A stretch of 64,000 nt of DNA from Nostoc sp. (GTDB lineage Bacteria > Cyanobacteriota > Cyanobacteriia > Cyanobacteriales > Nostocaceae). Below the pieces are notes generated by a model. It made no database searches. It had not been told where the DNA came from and saw only the letters and a program-made list of their open reading frames with translations. The number at the start of each line of letters is the position of its first letter. The first letter of the stretch is position 1. Location: assembly GCA_036918135.1 (NCBI GenBank), contig JBALDB010000007.1, forward strand, positions 128,001 through 192,000. Reading direction: 5' to 3'. Shown here in pieces: positions 40,128 to 49,366 of the stretch. A program made the position numbers and the translations under genes.

Positions 40128-40779
40128 GACTTCCTTAAGCTTAATTTATACTATAGTCTTTTATTGAAGTTTCAATTTTTGGCTTTCGGATGCCAAAATT
40201 TAAAGAGTATTCGCTAAAGTTATAGTAACTTTTGATACATACTTATTATTACTAGTTTACTTTTTAATACATTTACTTATTGTATGAAAGACAAATTTAG
40301 TAGTACATACAGAAAAGTGTATTTTTTGCAGCCGAGTTTGATATTCAATAGATCATAAAAGTTAGTAGATAGCTTAAGTGATGTTTTTTATCTTGTTAAT
40401 AACAATACCTTCGCCAAAAACAGAGGTAGTCTAGCTTTTCCCTAAATAGCCCAAGACAAGCCCATGCCTGACTATTATGCAAAAGCTTCAAACCCCAGTC
40501 CAGACACACAGGATACTATAAATGTACACTGTCGTAATTGAAACCTAAGCTCAATTCTAATTCGACACGAGAACGAGTGTCTGCGGCATCAAACAAAGCT
40601 AAGTCAGTGTTAGAAAATCTACAACTATTCTTTTACACTTTTGACTACTCAAGGCGTTTTATCTGCATGGATATTTGGCTAGTCTGTTTTATTCACTCTT
40701 TGAGGGAGTTAATACTTTTATCTACTATACTATCTATTCTTTCATTTGTGGTTACTAAAGTCCCAAACCCAATTTCTAT

Positions 40780-41130
40780 TTCACTCAGTTTCCACAACTG
40801 TTATTGTTGTTTTCATCGGGCAAATGTCCATGATTTTTTATCCATCCTAAAAAAGCTTGCACTCTGATTCCTATATCTTGGACTGGGACTATATCTGGCG
40901 ACCGATCTGTTATTCGTACTTTCCCACACTGGGAGCGAATGCATATGTATCGATAATATATCTATTTGACCAAACTTCTTTCTAGTTTTATCTGGATGTT
41001 CTGGTTGTTCTCATGGCTTCCGTTTTGGAGTCTCGCCCTCCAGATGATTATCTTCTTGTTTCTTTTCTGATTTTTGAGAATATCTCCAGATGGTGGTTTG
41101 GATAATGTAAAGCTATTTAAATCTCTACGT
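40780..41130 (-). mobile_element. Degraded IS66-family transposase fragment
   Basis: Minus-strand pieces DLNSFTLSKPPSGDILK, KRKP*EQPEHPDKTRKKFGQID and GWIKNHGHLPDE resemble the IS66 TnpC N-terminus (SKPPS..KRKPGGQPGH); stops and frameshifts present. Confidence 0.7.
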
Positions 41131-41172
41131 TATTAATACACAATCAACTGCAATTTCTAGTGAGTCAGAAAT

Positions 41173-42729
41173 ATGAAAAAACGTCAAAGTATAGTCCAAA
41201 AATTTTCCACATTTATTAGTTTTCAAAGTGTAAAAAAAAGTTTTAAATCCAAATGGATAACAGAGCCAAAATTGGAACGTAATATCAAACAACAAGTACA
41301 AAAATATCCAGAAAAGACAGCAGAATTATGGGCACTTGAATTTTTAAAAGTTTTGCAAAGTCAATATCAAGAAGAAGAAAAAATTGAAGCCACCCGAAAA
41401 CAGAAAAACAACAGACAATTGGTTGATACATTATCCTCTATACATTCCCCAGTCATTACTCAATATTCCTCTACCAGTCAGCATTTAAAAGCAGAAAAGT
41501 ATCTGTCAGCTTACTTACAAGAAGCATGTTATCAGGCTGCACAAAATATACAAAAGCAATTTAAATCAATTCAGTATAAATATTCGTTTGAAGATTTATT
41601 TCAAATCGGTAATTTATTTGTTAATCAACCAGCAAAACTCTTCCGTAGTTTTAAATTAGAATATCAACATAGTAGCTTAGAAAACTATGCTAAAACCGCA
41701 ATTTTTCGCTTCATTGGCAATACAATTTATACTCAAGATATAGAGGCGAAGCGAGAAAAGTTTTCTGATTATGGATTGTTGAGGGATTTAAATAACAAAG
41801 AATTAAAAGAAGCTTTAGCATCAAAAGGAATAAATACTAACCAAATTGATTCATCTTGCTTAGCTAGACAATGTTTTAATGCAGTTTGTCAACCTCAAAA
41901 AACACAAAGTAGCCGTAGTTTAGAATCTCCTAGTCAGGAAGATTTAACTCAAATTGCCTGCTGCTACAATCAGCGACACAATCAATTAAACTTGCCAACG
42001 GTACTAGTAGCTGACTCAAAGAAAATTCAAGAAATGCTATTAACCTGCATTCAGGCTGCGCGTGACTATCGTACTAAACGTATTCTAACTCTAGAAAATG
42101 ATGACGTTATTTCTGACCCCATGCCTACTCCTTGGGATACTGTGACTCAAATAGAAGAAAGAGAGCAAATAGAATTCTTAGTCTCCAAAATATTTATAAC
42201 TATACCAGAAAGTGGTCAAACAATGCTAAAACTTTGGTTAGGATTAAACTTAACCCAAGCAGAGATAGCAACAGTATTAAAGCAGAAATATCCAAAATTA
42301 CAAAAACAGTATCAAGTGGCTCGTGAGTTGGGAAAATATAGTAGAAATTTATTAAAAGAATTTCTTCAGGAGTATCATCAACTAAATCCGGAAATATTTT
42401 TGCATAATGACAAAGATATAAAACTAATTCAAGAATCATTATATGAATGTTTACAGTCATACTGTCAACGTTTGCTATACACAGAGCTAAAACAATTTAG
42501 CCACCAATATTATAGTGAAAACAATTTTTTGATATTCACCAATTTAATACACAATAAACAACTAAAATCCGAACAAAAAAGTCAGTTTATAGAAAGAAAA
42601 CAAGATTTTTTACAAGCTTTTGAAAAGCAACTTGAAAAAAAACTGAACTTATCTCCTGAGTCTTTAAAATTTGTCAACAGGAAAATAGCGAGTATTGTGG
42701 GCAAATGGTTACAATCCTCAGTTAACTAG
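41173..42729 (+). CDS. Cyanobacterial sigma-70-like DNA-binding protein
   Basis: N-terminal RQSIVQKFSTF, LSAYLQEACYQAA, SDYGLLR, region-4-like LNLTQAEIA..KQYQVAREL. Confidence 0.65.
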   Translation: MKKRQSIVQKFSTFISFQSVKKSFKSKWITEPKLERNIKQQVQKYPEKTAELWALEFLKVLQSQYQEEEKIEATRKQKNNRQLVDTLSSIHSPVITQYSSTSQHLKAEKYLSAYLQEACYQAAQNIQKQFKSIQYKYSFEDLFQIGNLFVNQPAKLFRSFKLEYQHSSLENYAKTAIFRFIGNTIYTQDIEAKREKFSDYGLLRDLNNKELKEALASKGINTNQIDSSCLARQCFNAVCQPQKTQSSRSLESPSQEDLTQIACCYNQRHNQLNLPTVLVADSKKIQEMLLTCIQAARDYRTKRILTLENDDVISDPMPTPWDTVTQIEEREQIEFLVSKIFITIPESGQTMLKLWLGLNLTQAEIATVLKQKYPKLQKQYQVARELGKYSRNLLKEFLQEYHQLNPEIFLHNDKDIKLIQESLYECLQSYCQRLLYTELKQFSHQYYSENNFLIFTNLIHNKQLKSEQKSQFIERKQDFLQAFEKQLEKKLNLSPESLKFVNRKIASIVGKWLQSSVN

Positions 42730-43137
42730 AGTACTGTGTAATATGAAATTTTAGTTCGCGATCGCAAGGAGTACTTGTAGTCACAGTTTTAACCTCACGG
42801 GTTTGATATGTCGTCTTATTTAAACGAGGTTACATTGTTTTAAGAGCTTCATACCGTTGGATTACTCTAATTGCATATCTTAGTAGAGTATTGCCGCCAG
42901 AAAATCAGCTTATATCTTGATTAATCATTCATAACAGCCATAAATGAGACTTCGTGTCATACAAAGCCCAGTCACTCAAATCTTTGGCTAAGCGTGAATA
43001 ATTTAAGTTTTCTCTTGCATAAATAGTTTATAGAAATACCCACTAAATAAACAGGAGGGCATTGTTGAATTTCAACTATACTTACAACTATTCATAGACT
43101 ATTGGGAAATGGGTGGATATTAGCAAAGGAGAATGGC

Positions 43138-45276
43138 ATGACCAATCATATATATGATTCAACTGACACGCCACCTAATTTTACAACTGTAGTTGATTTA
43201 CTACGCTATAGAGCCATCTATCAGCCTCAGCAAACCGCTTATACGTTTTTAGTAGACGGAGAGACACAAGAAGTTAGTATCACTTATCAAGAGTTAGATC
43301 TGCAATCACAAAATATTGCAGCATATCTACAGTTTCTAGGTGCTAGAGGCGAACGGGCATTACTTCTTTTCCACCCTGGTCTAGAATATATTGTTGCCTT
43401 TTTTGCCTGTTTATATGCTGGCGTTGTAGCTGTTCCGGCTTATCCACCCAGGCGTAATCAAAAGATGTCGCGACTAAAGGCGATTATTGCAGATGCCCAG
43501 CCGAAGGTGCTACTCACCACTGAAGCTTTACTGACTAATATCAATCAGTTTACTTCTGAGCCAGAATTAGCCAGATTGCGCTGTTTGGCAATCGACAAAA
43601 TTGAAGAACATCAGGCATCATGGCAGAAAACAGCTTTGGAAAGCAGTACCCTAGCTTTTCTGCAATACACTTCTGGTTCTACGGGAACACCGAAAGGAGT
43701 AATGGTAAGTCATGGCAATTTACTGCACAATTCGGCTTTAATTTATAAGTGTTTTGAGCATACCCTCAACAGCAAGGGAGTTATATGGCTGCCTCCTTAC
43801 CATGATATGGGGTTGATTGGTGGAGTGTTACAGCCCCTCTATGGAGGATTCCCGGTCATACTTATGTCGCCGGAAAATTTCCTACAAAAGCCTTTGCGCT
43901 GGCTGACGGCAATTTCTCACTATAAAGCTACTACCAGCGGCGGCCCTAATTTTGCTTACGAACTATGCGCCAACAAGATTACGGACGAACAGAAGGCAAC
44001 TCTCGACCTCAGTAGCTGGCAAGTGGCTTTCAACGGAGCCGAACAAATCCGTGCCGAAACTCAGGAGCGTTTTGCAGCAGCTTTTGCAGGCTATGGCTTT
44101 CGCTCCAGTGCCTTTTACCCCTGCTACGGGATGGCAGAAACGACTTTGATTGTTTCTGGTGGTCTCAAGGAAGCGGAGCCAGTGTTGGAAATTATCAATA
44201 GAGATGCTCTCGAACAAAAACGGGTTGTTCCAGCCAGTCAAGAAAATTATCAAGCCCAAAAGCTAGTTAGCTGCGGTCACTTACTGGAGCAACAAATTAT
44301 TATTGCCCATCCTGAGACTTTGACCTGTTGTTTGCCTAATGAAGTGGGTGAGATTTGGGTATCGGGTTCCAGCGTTGCTCAGGGGTACTGGAATCTTCCT
44401 GAAGAAACGCAACGTACTTTTCAAGCCTACTTAGCAGACACCAAAGCTGGGCCATTTTTGCGTACGGGAGACTTGGGATTCTTAAAGGATGGTGAGTTGT
44501 TCGTCACCGGTCGGCTCAAAGACTTAATTATTATCCGAGGTCGTAACCACTATCCCCAAGACATTGAACTGACAGTAGAACGGAGCCATCCGGCATTACG
44601 ACAGGGTTATGGGGCGGCGTTTTCAGTCGATGTGGATGGAGAAGAGCGACTGGTGATTGCTTTTGAGGTAGAGCGTAGTTATCTCCGAAATCTGGATGTC
44701 AATGAAGTGGTCATGGCGATCCGCGAAGCAGTGAGGCAACAGCACGAAATTTTAGTTTATGCAATATTGCTACTCAAGACAGGGAGCATCCCAAAAACTT
44801 CTAGTGGCAAGATTCAGCGCCATGCTTGCCGGAGTGGTTTTCAAGCTGTCAGCCTAGATGTAGTGGCGGATTGGACTGAGAATCCTCAAAGCAAAGTAGA
44901 GCAGCATCTACAGCCGGAAGTAAAATACTTGTCAGAGCAGGTGCAAGCTCCGGAACAAAAAACTCAATTAAATGGAAACAATTTTGGAGAGCGATCGCAT
45001 TTACCATTGGCTCCAACTGAACAAACCATTCAGCATTGGTTGGTTACTCAAATAGCTAACCAGCTAAACGTTCACTCTGATGAGATAGATATTCAAGAAC
45101 CCTTTGTTCGCTATGGTTTGGATTCAGCGGTGGTACTCGGACTGTGCGATGATTTGGCACAATGGCTTGGATATAATTTAGAACCCACTATCTTCTGGGA
45201 CTACCCTAATATAGAAACTCTTGCCCGGTACTTAGTTAAAAACAGCAGTCTTTCACTAAATAACCCAAGTTGCTAG
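43138..45276 (+). CDS. Fatty acyl-AMP ligase fused to ACP (FAAL-ACP)
   Basis: AAGGAG RBS; GVVAVPAYPP, FLQYTSGSTGTPKG, WLPPYHDMGLIG, CYGMAE, GRNHYPQDIE, KTSSGKIQR; ACP YGLDS. Confidence 0.93.
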   Translation: MTNHIYDSTDTPPNFTTVVDLLRYRAIYQPQQTAYTFLVDGETQEVSITYQELDLQSQNIAAYLQFLGARGERALLLFHPGLEYIVAFFACLYAGVVAVPAYPPRRNQKMSRLKAIIADAQPKVLLTTEALLTNINQFTSEPELARLRCLAIDKIEEHQASWQKTALESSTLAFLQYTSGSTGTPKGVMVSHGNLLHNSALIYKCFEHTLNSKGVIWLPPYHDMGLIGGVLQPLYGGFPVILMSPENFLQKPLRWLTAISHYKATTSGGPNFAYELCANKITDEQKATLDLSSWQVAFNGAEQIRAETQERFAAAFAGYGFRSSAFYPCYGMAETTLIVSGGLKEAEPVLEIINRDALEQKRVVPASQENYQAQKLVSCGHLLEQQIIIAHPETLTCCLPNEVGEIWVSGSSVAQGYWNLPEETQRTFQAYLADTKAGPFLRTGDLGFLKDGELFVTGRLKDLIIIRGRNHYPQDIELTVERSHPALRQGYGAAFSVDVDGEERLVIAFEVERSYLRNLDVNEVVMAIREAVRQQHEILVYAILLLKTGSIPKTSSGKIQRHACRSGFQAVSLDVVADWTENPQSKVEQHLQPEVKYLSEQVQAPEQKTQLNGNNFGERSHLPLAPTEQTIQHWLVTQIANQLNVHSDEIDIQEPFVRYGLDSAVVLGLCDDLAQWLGYNLEPTIFWDYPNIETLARYLVKNSSLSLNNPSC

Positions 45277-45730
45277 TTATGCATTTAGGCGATCGCTAAG
45301 ACTGATAAAGCAATGACTAGAAGGCAGTTCTTGCTGGAGGCAGAAGGTAAAACCCTCAACAACAAAAGGTTTCGCTAATTTTGATTTTACATTTTATTAT
45401 GTCCGCTTACTTAAAATTCTCTTTGTAGAAAAATTTATGAGGAGAATATAGTCACTTATAAGGAGTTTTTAAAGCATAGAAACATTTATTTTTGCTCCCA
45501 CCATAAAACAAGCTTTTTTAGAATGAATATTTTATAAAATTTAAAATTATTTAAGTCAAACTCTATCAAGCCGTAAGACTAATTCGCCAAAATAAAGCAA
45601 CAGATTCAAAAGAAAGAAACCCTTACTAAATAACACTTTCTTAATTTGAATTTAGAAGTGAAAAGCGAAGGTTGATAACTGCAACTTGGGTTAAGTACTG
45701 ATGTCAGTAGGTAACATGGAGGGAGTTGAT

Positions 45731-47008
45731 ATGAAGCCAATTGACAATGAGTCCAAAGATATGTTCAGCAGTGGGGAACGTAAAACTAGTTTCGCCAGAA
45801 CAGCCACATTTAATCCCTTCCTTCCTGAGTTTCGTGTCGATCCCTATCCCTTCTACCACCGCCTCCGCTCCGAAGACCCTATTCATATGAGCTTTATGGG
45901 TGTGTGGGTTATTACTCGCTATAGTGATGCCATAGCGGTTCTGCGTGATTCTCGTTTTAGCGCTGATATGCGACGTTGGGGAAAGTATCAAGACATCAGG
46001 TTTCGCGAAAAGCAAGGACAAATCAGCCAACTTGGACAAACTAACAGTAAGTGGATTCTCTTTTTAGATCCGCCCGACCATACCCGACTGCAAAGGCTAG
46101 TAATTAAGGCTTTCACGCCCCAGGTGGTTGAGGGCTTGCGTCCTTACATCCAACAGGTGGTCAACGAAAAGCTCAATCGAGTTCAAAGTTTTGGGGTAAT
46201 GGACATCGTTGCCGATCTCGCCCAACCATTGCCTGTCACGGTAATTGCTAAAATGCTGGGCATACCAACTGAAGATCGCGATCGGCTTAGGCAATGGTCA
46301 AACGATCTAGCCTCTTGCTTAGATCCGATGATGTCAGTAGATATTTTTGAACATCTCAATCAGGTTGTTTTAGAGTTTACTAATTACCTCCGCAGCCTAG
46401 TTGCCCAACGGCGTCAGTATAGGCAGGATGACCTGATCGGCGCTCTAATTGCAGTTAGGGAAGAGAGTGACAAACTAAGCGAAGATGAGCTTTTAGCTAC
46501 ATGCATACTATTATTTGCTGCTGGTCAAGAAACTACAGTAAAACTGATTAGTAATGGTATGCTTGCGTTACTGCGTCACCCCGATCAAATGGAAAAGCTC
46601 AAACAAGAGCCGACGCTGATCCAAGATGCTGTTGAAGAACTGTTACGCTACGATAGCCCGGTGCAGATTACTGTCCGAACAGCGATTGAAAACGTCGAAA
46701 TTGAGAATAAGATAATTCAAAAGGGTCAGCAAGTTCTTGTCTGCACGGGAGCAGCAAATCGAGATCCAGTTCAGTTTCCTGACCCCGATAAACTCGATAT
46801 CACTCGACCAAAGAGCCGTCATCTTAGCTTTAGCTACGGTATCCACGCCTGTTTGGGAGCTACGCTTGCACGCGTCCAGGCACAGATTGCTATCAATACG
46901 CTCATTCAAAGAATGCCTGACTTGAAACTCCAGACAAACACACTCGAGTGGCAAGAAAAAATCATTCTACGCGGACTAAAGGCTCTCCCTGTATCCTTCA
47001 AGATGTGA
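45731..47008 (+). CDS. Cytochrome P450 (CYP107/BioI-like)
   Basis: DPPDHTRL, AGQETT, EELLR, heme motif FSYGIHACLG; GGAGG RBS before ATG 45731. Confidence 0.95.
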   Translation: MKPIDNESKDMFSSGERKTSFARTATFNPFLPEFRVDPYPFYHRLRSEDPIHMSFMGVWVITRYSDAIAVLRDSRFSADMRRWGKYQDIRFREKQGQISQLGQTNSKWILFLDPPDHTRLQRLVIKAFTPQVVEGLRPYIQQVVNEKLNRVQSFGVMDIVADLAQPLPVTVIAKMLGIPTEDRDRLRQWSNDLASCLDPMMSVDIFEHLNQVVLEFTNYLRSLVAQRRQYRQDDLIGALIAVREESDKLSEDELLATCILLFAAGQETTVKLISNGMLALLRHPDQMEKLKQEPTLIQDAVEELLRYDSPVQITVRTAIENVEIENKIIQKGQQVLVCTGAANRDPVQFPDPDKLDITRPKSRHLSFSYGIHACLGATLARVQAQIAINTLIQRMPDLKLQTNTLEWQEKIILRGLKALPVSFKM

Positions 47009-47143
47009 ACTAAGAACGCTAGTCACTGAATTAAGAACCAAACTTCAGGATGTATAGCAGAAGGCAGGAGGCTTTAGCGCGGAGGCAGGAGGTAAAACTA
47101 TTGCTAACTCCAGTATTCACCCTTTCAAAATGTCCTAAAGAGT

Positions 47144-48874
47144 GTGACTACGGCTATAGAACAGAGCGATGAAGCAATGGAACATTTTAACGTGAGTTCG
47201 ATAGGTAATATGAACCAACCGATGTATCTCAAACCTAACGTCATCGTCGAGCCACTAGTCAATCAGTGGTATGCTTGGTCACATTTGATTTCTCCGGCGA
47301 CGGCGGCGATGTACATCGCTAATTCCCATCTGCCGATTATGCAATCCTTCATTACTGCACCCCAAGTACATCGGGATGCCTTGAAAAATCGAGGGATGAT
47401 TGGCGGCCCCTTTATCAACTATGATGTTAGTCGGGTGGGGGAAATCCAGCTATTACTGGAAAAAACCCAAAAGCAACAAGCACAAATGCTAACTCTAGCC
47501 CAGGCAATCCCAGACTTGGATAAGCTGATAGCAGAAAATACTACTGGTGCTTCCTTAGAACCTTTATACGAACGAATTCCTCCACCATTGCGGGGATATG
47601 TAGAACTGGTACAGGACAGTAACAATCACCCCTCGATTCGCTTCATTGAAGGGTTATTATACCGTAGTTATTACTATAATCCTGCTAATCAATCGGTTAA
47701 TTTATACTTAGGTAAGGGAGATACTCGTGCTTTTGTCCTCAGTACACCCCGCTTGCCTGCTGAAGATAGTTTACACCTGCAAATTCCCTTTAGCGATCGC
47801 CGCCTAGACCAACTATTCAGTCTGCGTTACAACCCGCTTCCCTATAAGGAAATCCGAGACATTCTAGAGATTAACCACCAACAAGATCCCCTATTTTCTG
47901 AATTTTTCACTACTACACCTCCTACCCAAGAACCTCACTACGATGGCGAGGCGGTGAGAATTCGCTACTTTGGTCATGCCTGTGTTTTAATTGAAACCCA
48001 ATCTGTAAATATTTTATGCGACCCTCTAATTAGCTATCGCCAAGCATCAGGCATTGAGCGCTACACTTACAACGACCTTCCCCAGGTGATAGACTACGTT
48101 TTGCTCACCCATAATCATCAAGACCATGTAATGTTGGAAACCCTCTTGCAGTTACGCCATAAAATTAAAACTGTGGTTGTACCGAAAAGCAATAAGGGAA
48201 TCCTCATCGACCCTTCTTTGAAGTTGATGCTGCAACAAATTGGGTTTGAGAATGTCCAAGAGATTGATGAACTGGAAATTATCAACATCGCCGATGGTTA
48301 TATTGCCGGGTTGCCGTTTTTAGGAGAACATGGAGACTTAAATATTGGTGCAAAAGCCGCTTACCTTGTCAACCTCAAGGGACGCTCAATTTTATGTGCT
48401 GCGGATTCTAACAATATCGATCCTCAACTATATATACATCTGCATCAAATTTTTGGTGATATTGATGTGCTGTTCATTGGTATGGAATGCGATGGTGCTA
48501 GTTATAACTGGGCATACGGGGCATTATTAACTCAACAAGTTCCTCGAAAAATTGCCCAAACTAGGCGATTAGATGGTTCAAATGCTCAACGTGCGATCGC
48601 GCTAGTTAAACAATTCCATCCCCAACAAGTGTATGTTTATGCTATGGGTCAGGAACCCTGGCTGACGTTTATTACTTCCATTGTCTACACCCCAGAGTCA
48701 AAGCCGATTGTTGAGTCTAACCAATTGGTGGGGTATTGTCACACTCAAGAAATTATTAGTAAACGCCTCTTCGGTTGTGAAGAGATTTTTTTAGCACCTG
48801 AAATTACTGGTGAATCTAAGTCTTTAATCCCTGGTTCCCAATCCAGGAATTTCTCACTCAATTACAGCGTTTAG
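47144..48874 (+). CDS. CmlA-like di-iron MBL-fold amino-acid beta-hydroxylase (start may be 47210)
   Basis: N-terminal YLKPNVIVEPLVNQWYAW..GGPF domain; YFGHAC, THNHQDH, GEH, ADS metal ligands, GMEC, YAMGQEPW. Confidence 0.85.
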   Translation: MTTAIEQSDEAMEHFNVSSIGNMNQPMYLKPNVIVEPLVNQWYAWSHLISPATAAMYIANSHLPIMQSFITAPQVHRDALKNRGMIGGPFINYDVSRVGEIQLLLEKTQKQQAQMLTLAQAIPDLDKLIAENTTGASLEPLYERIPPPLRGYVELVQDSNNHPSIRFIEGLLYRSYYYNPANQSVNLYLGKGDTRAFVLSTPRLPAEDSLHLQIPFSDRRLDQLFSLRYNPLPYKEIRDILEINHQQDPLFSEFFTTTPPTQEPHYDGEAVRIRYFGHACVLIETQSVNILCDPLISYRQASGIERYTYNDLPQVIDYVLLTHNHQDHVMLETLLQLRHKIKTVVVPKSNKGILIDPSLKLMLQQIGFENVQEIDELEIINIADGYIAGLPFLGEHGDLNIGAKAAYLVNLKGRSILCAADSNNIDPQLYIHLHQIFGDIDVLFIGMECDGASYNWAYGALLTQQVPRKIAQTRRLDGSNAQRAIALVKQFHPQQVYVYAMGQEPWLTFITSIVYTPESKPIVESNQLVGYCHTQEIISKRLFGCEEIFLAPEITGESKSLIPGSQSRNFSLNYSV

Positions 48875-49366
48875 ATATTCGCATTTAGCTTGATGATGCC
48901 AACGACTAGGGCAAACGCACCTAATGTCTGAAACCATTGCTGAACAACGCGTCCAAGCTCCCTTTACCACTACGTACTGATTAATATCTTGGGCTTATAC
49001 TATTTCACGAAATATGTGATACAAATAATTGATCTTTAATTCTTTCCCCCTGCTCCCCTGCTGCCTATTTGCATCAATTTTAAAGTGAAAGTGAAACGGT
49101 ATTACTTATAGTGGTCGTCATTACTGCTGTAAATGTGAGCGAACTAGCACCAGCAAAACAAGTTTTGTTTAAACTCGATCGAGTACGCGCGAGCATGGGT
49201 AGATTGATATAGAAATATCGATCCGAGCAATGCTGGCAACAGGCGCGACATCTTAAGAAATTGCACAAGTTATTGCTAAGATAGGCTGATATTATTTTGT
49301 TGTAAAGTATTCAAGCAACCTTAGTTGTAGTATAGCTTTGCTTTTATATTGTTAATGGTATAAGAG

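Noticed and set aside
40538..40867. 109-aa plus-strand ORF
   Set aside because: TTG start, no recognisable motif, overlaps decayed IS sequence on the opposite strand
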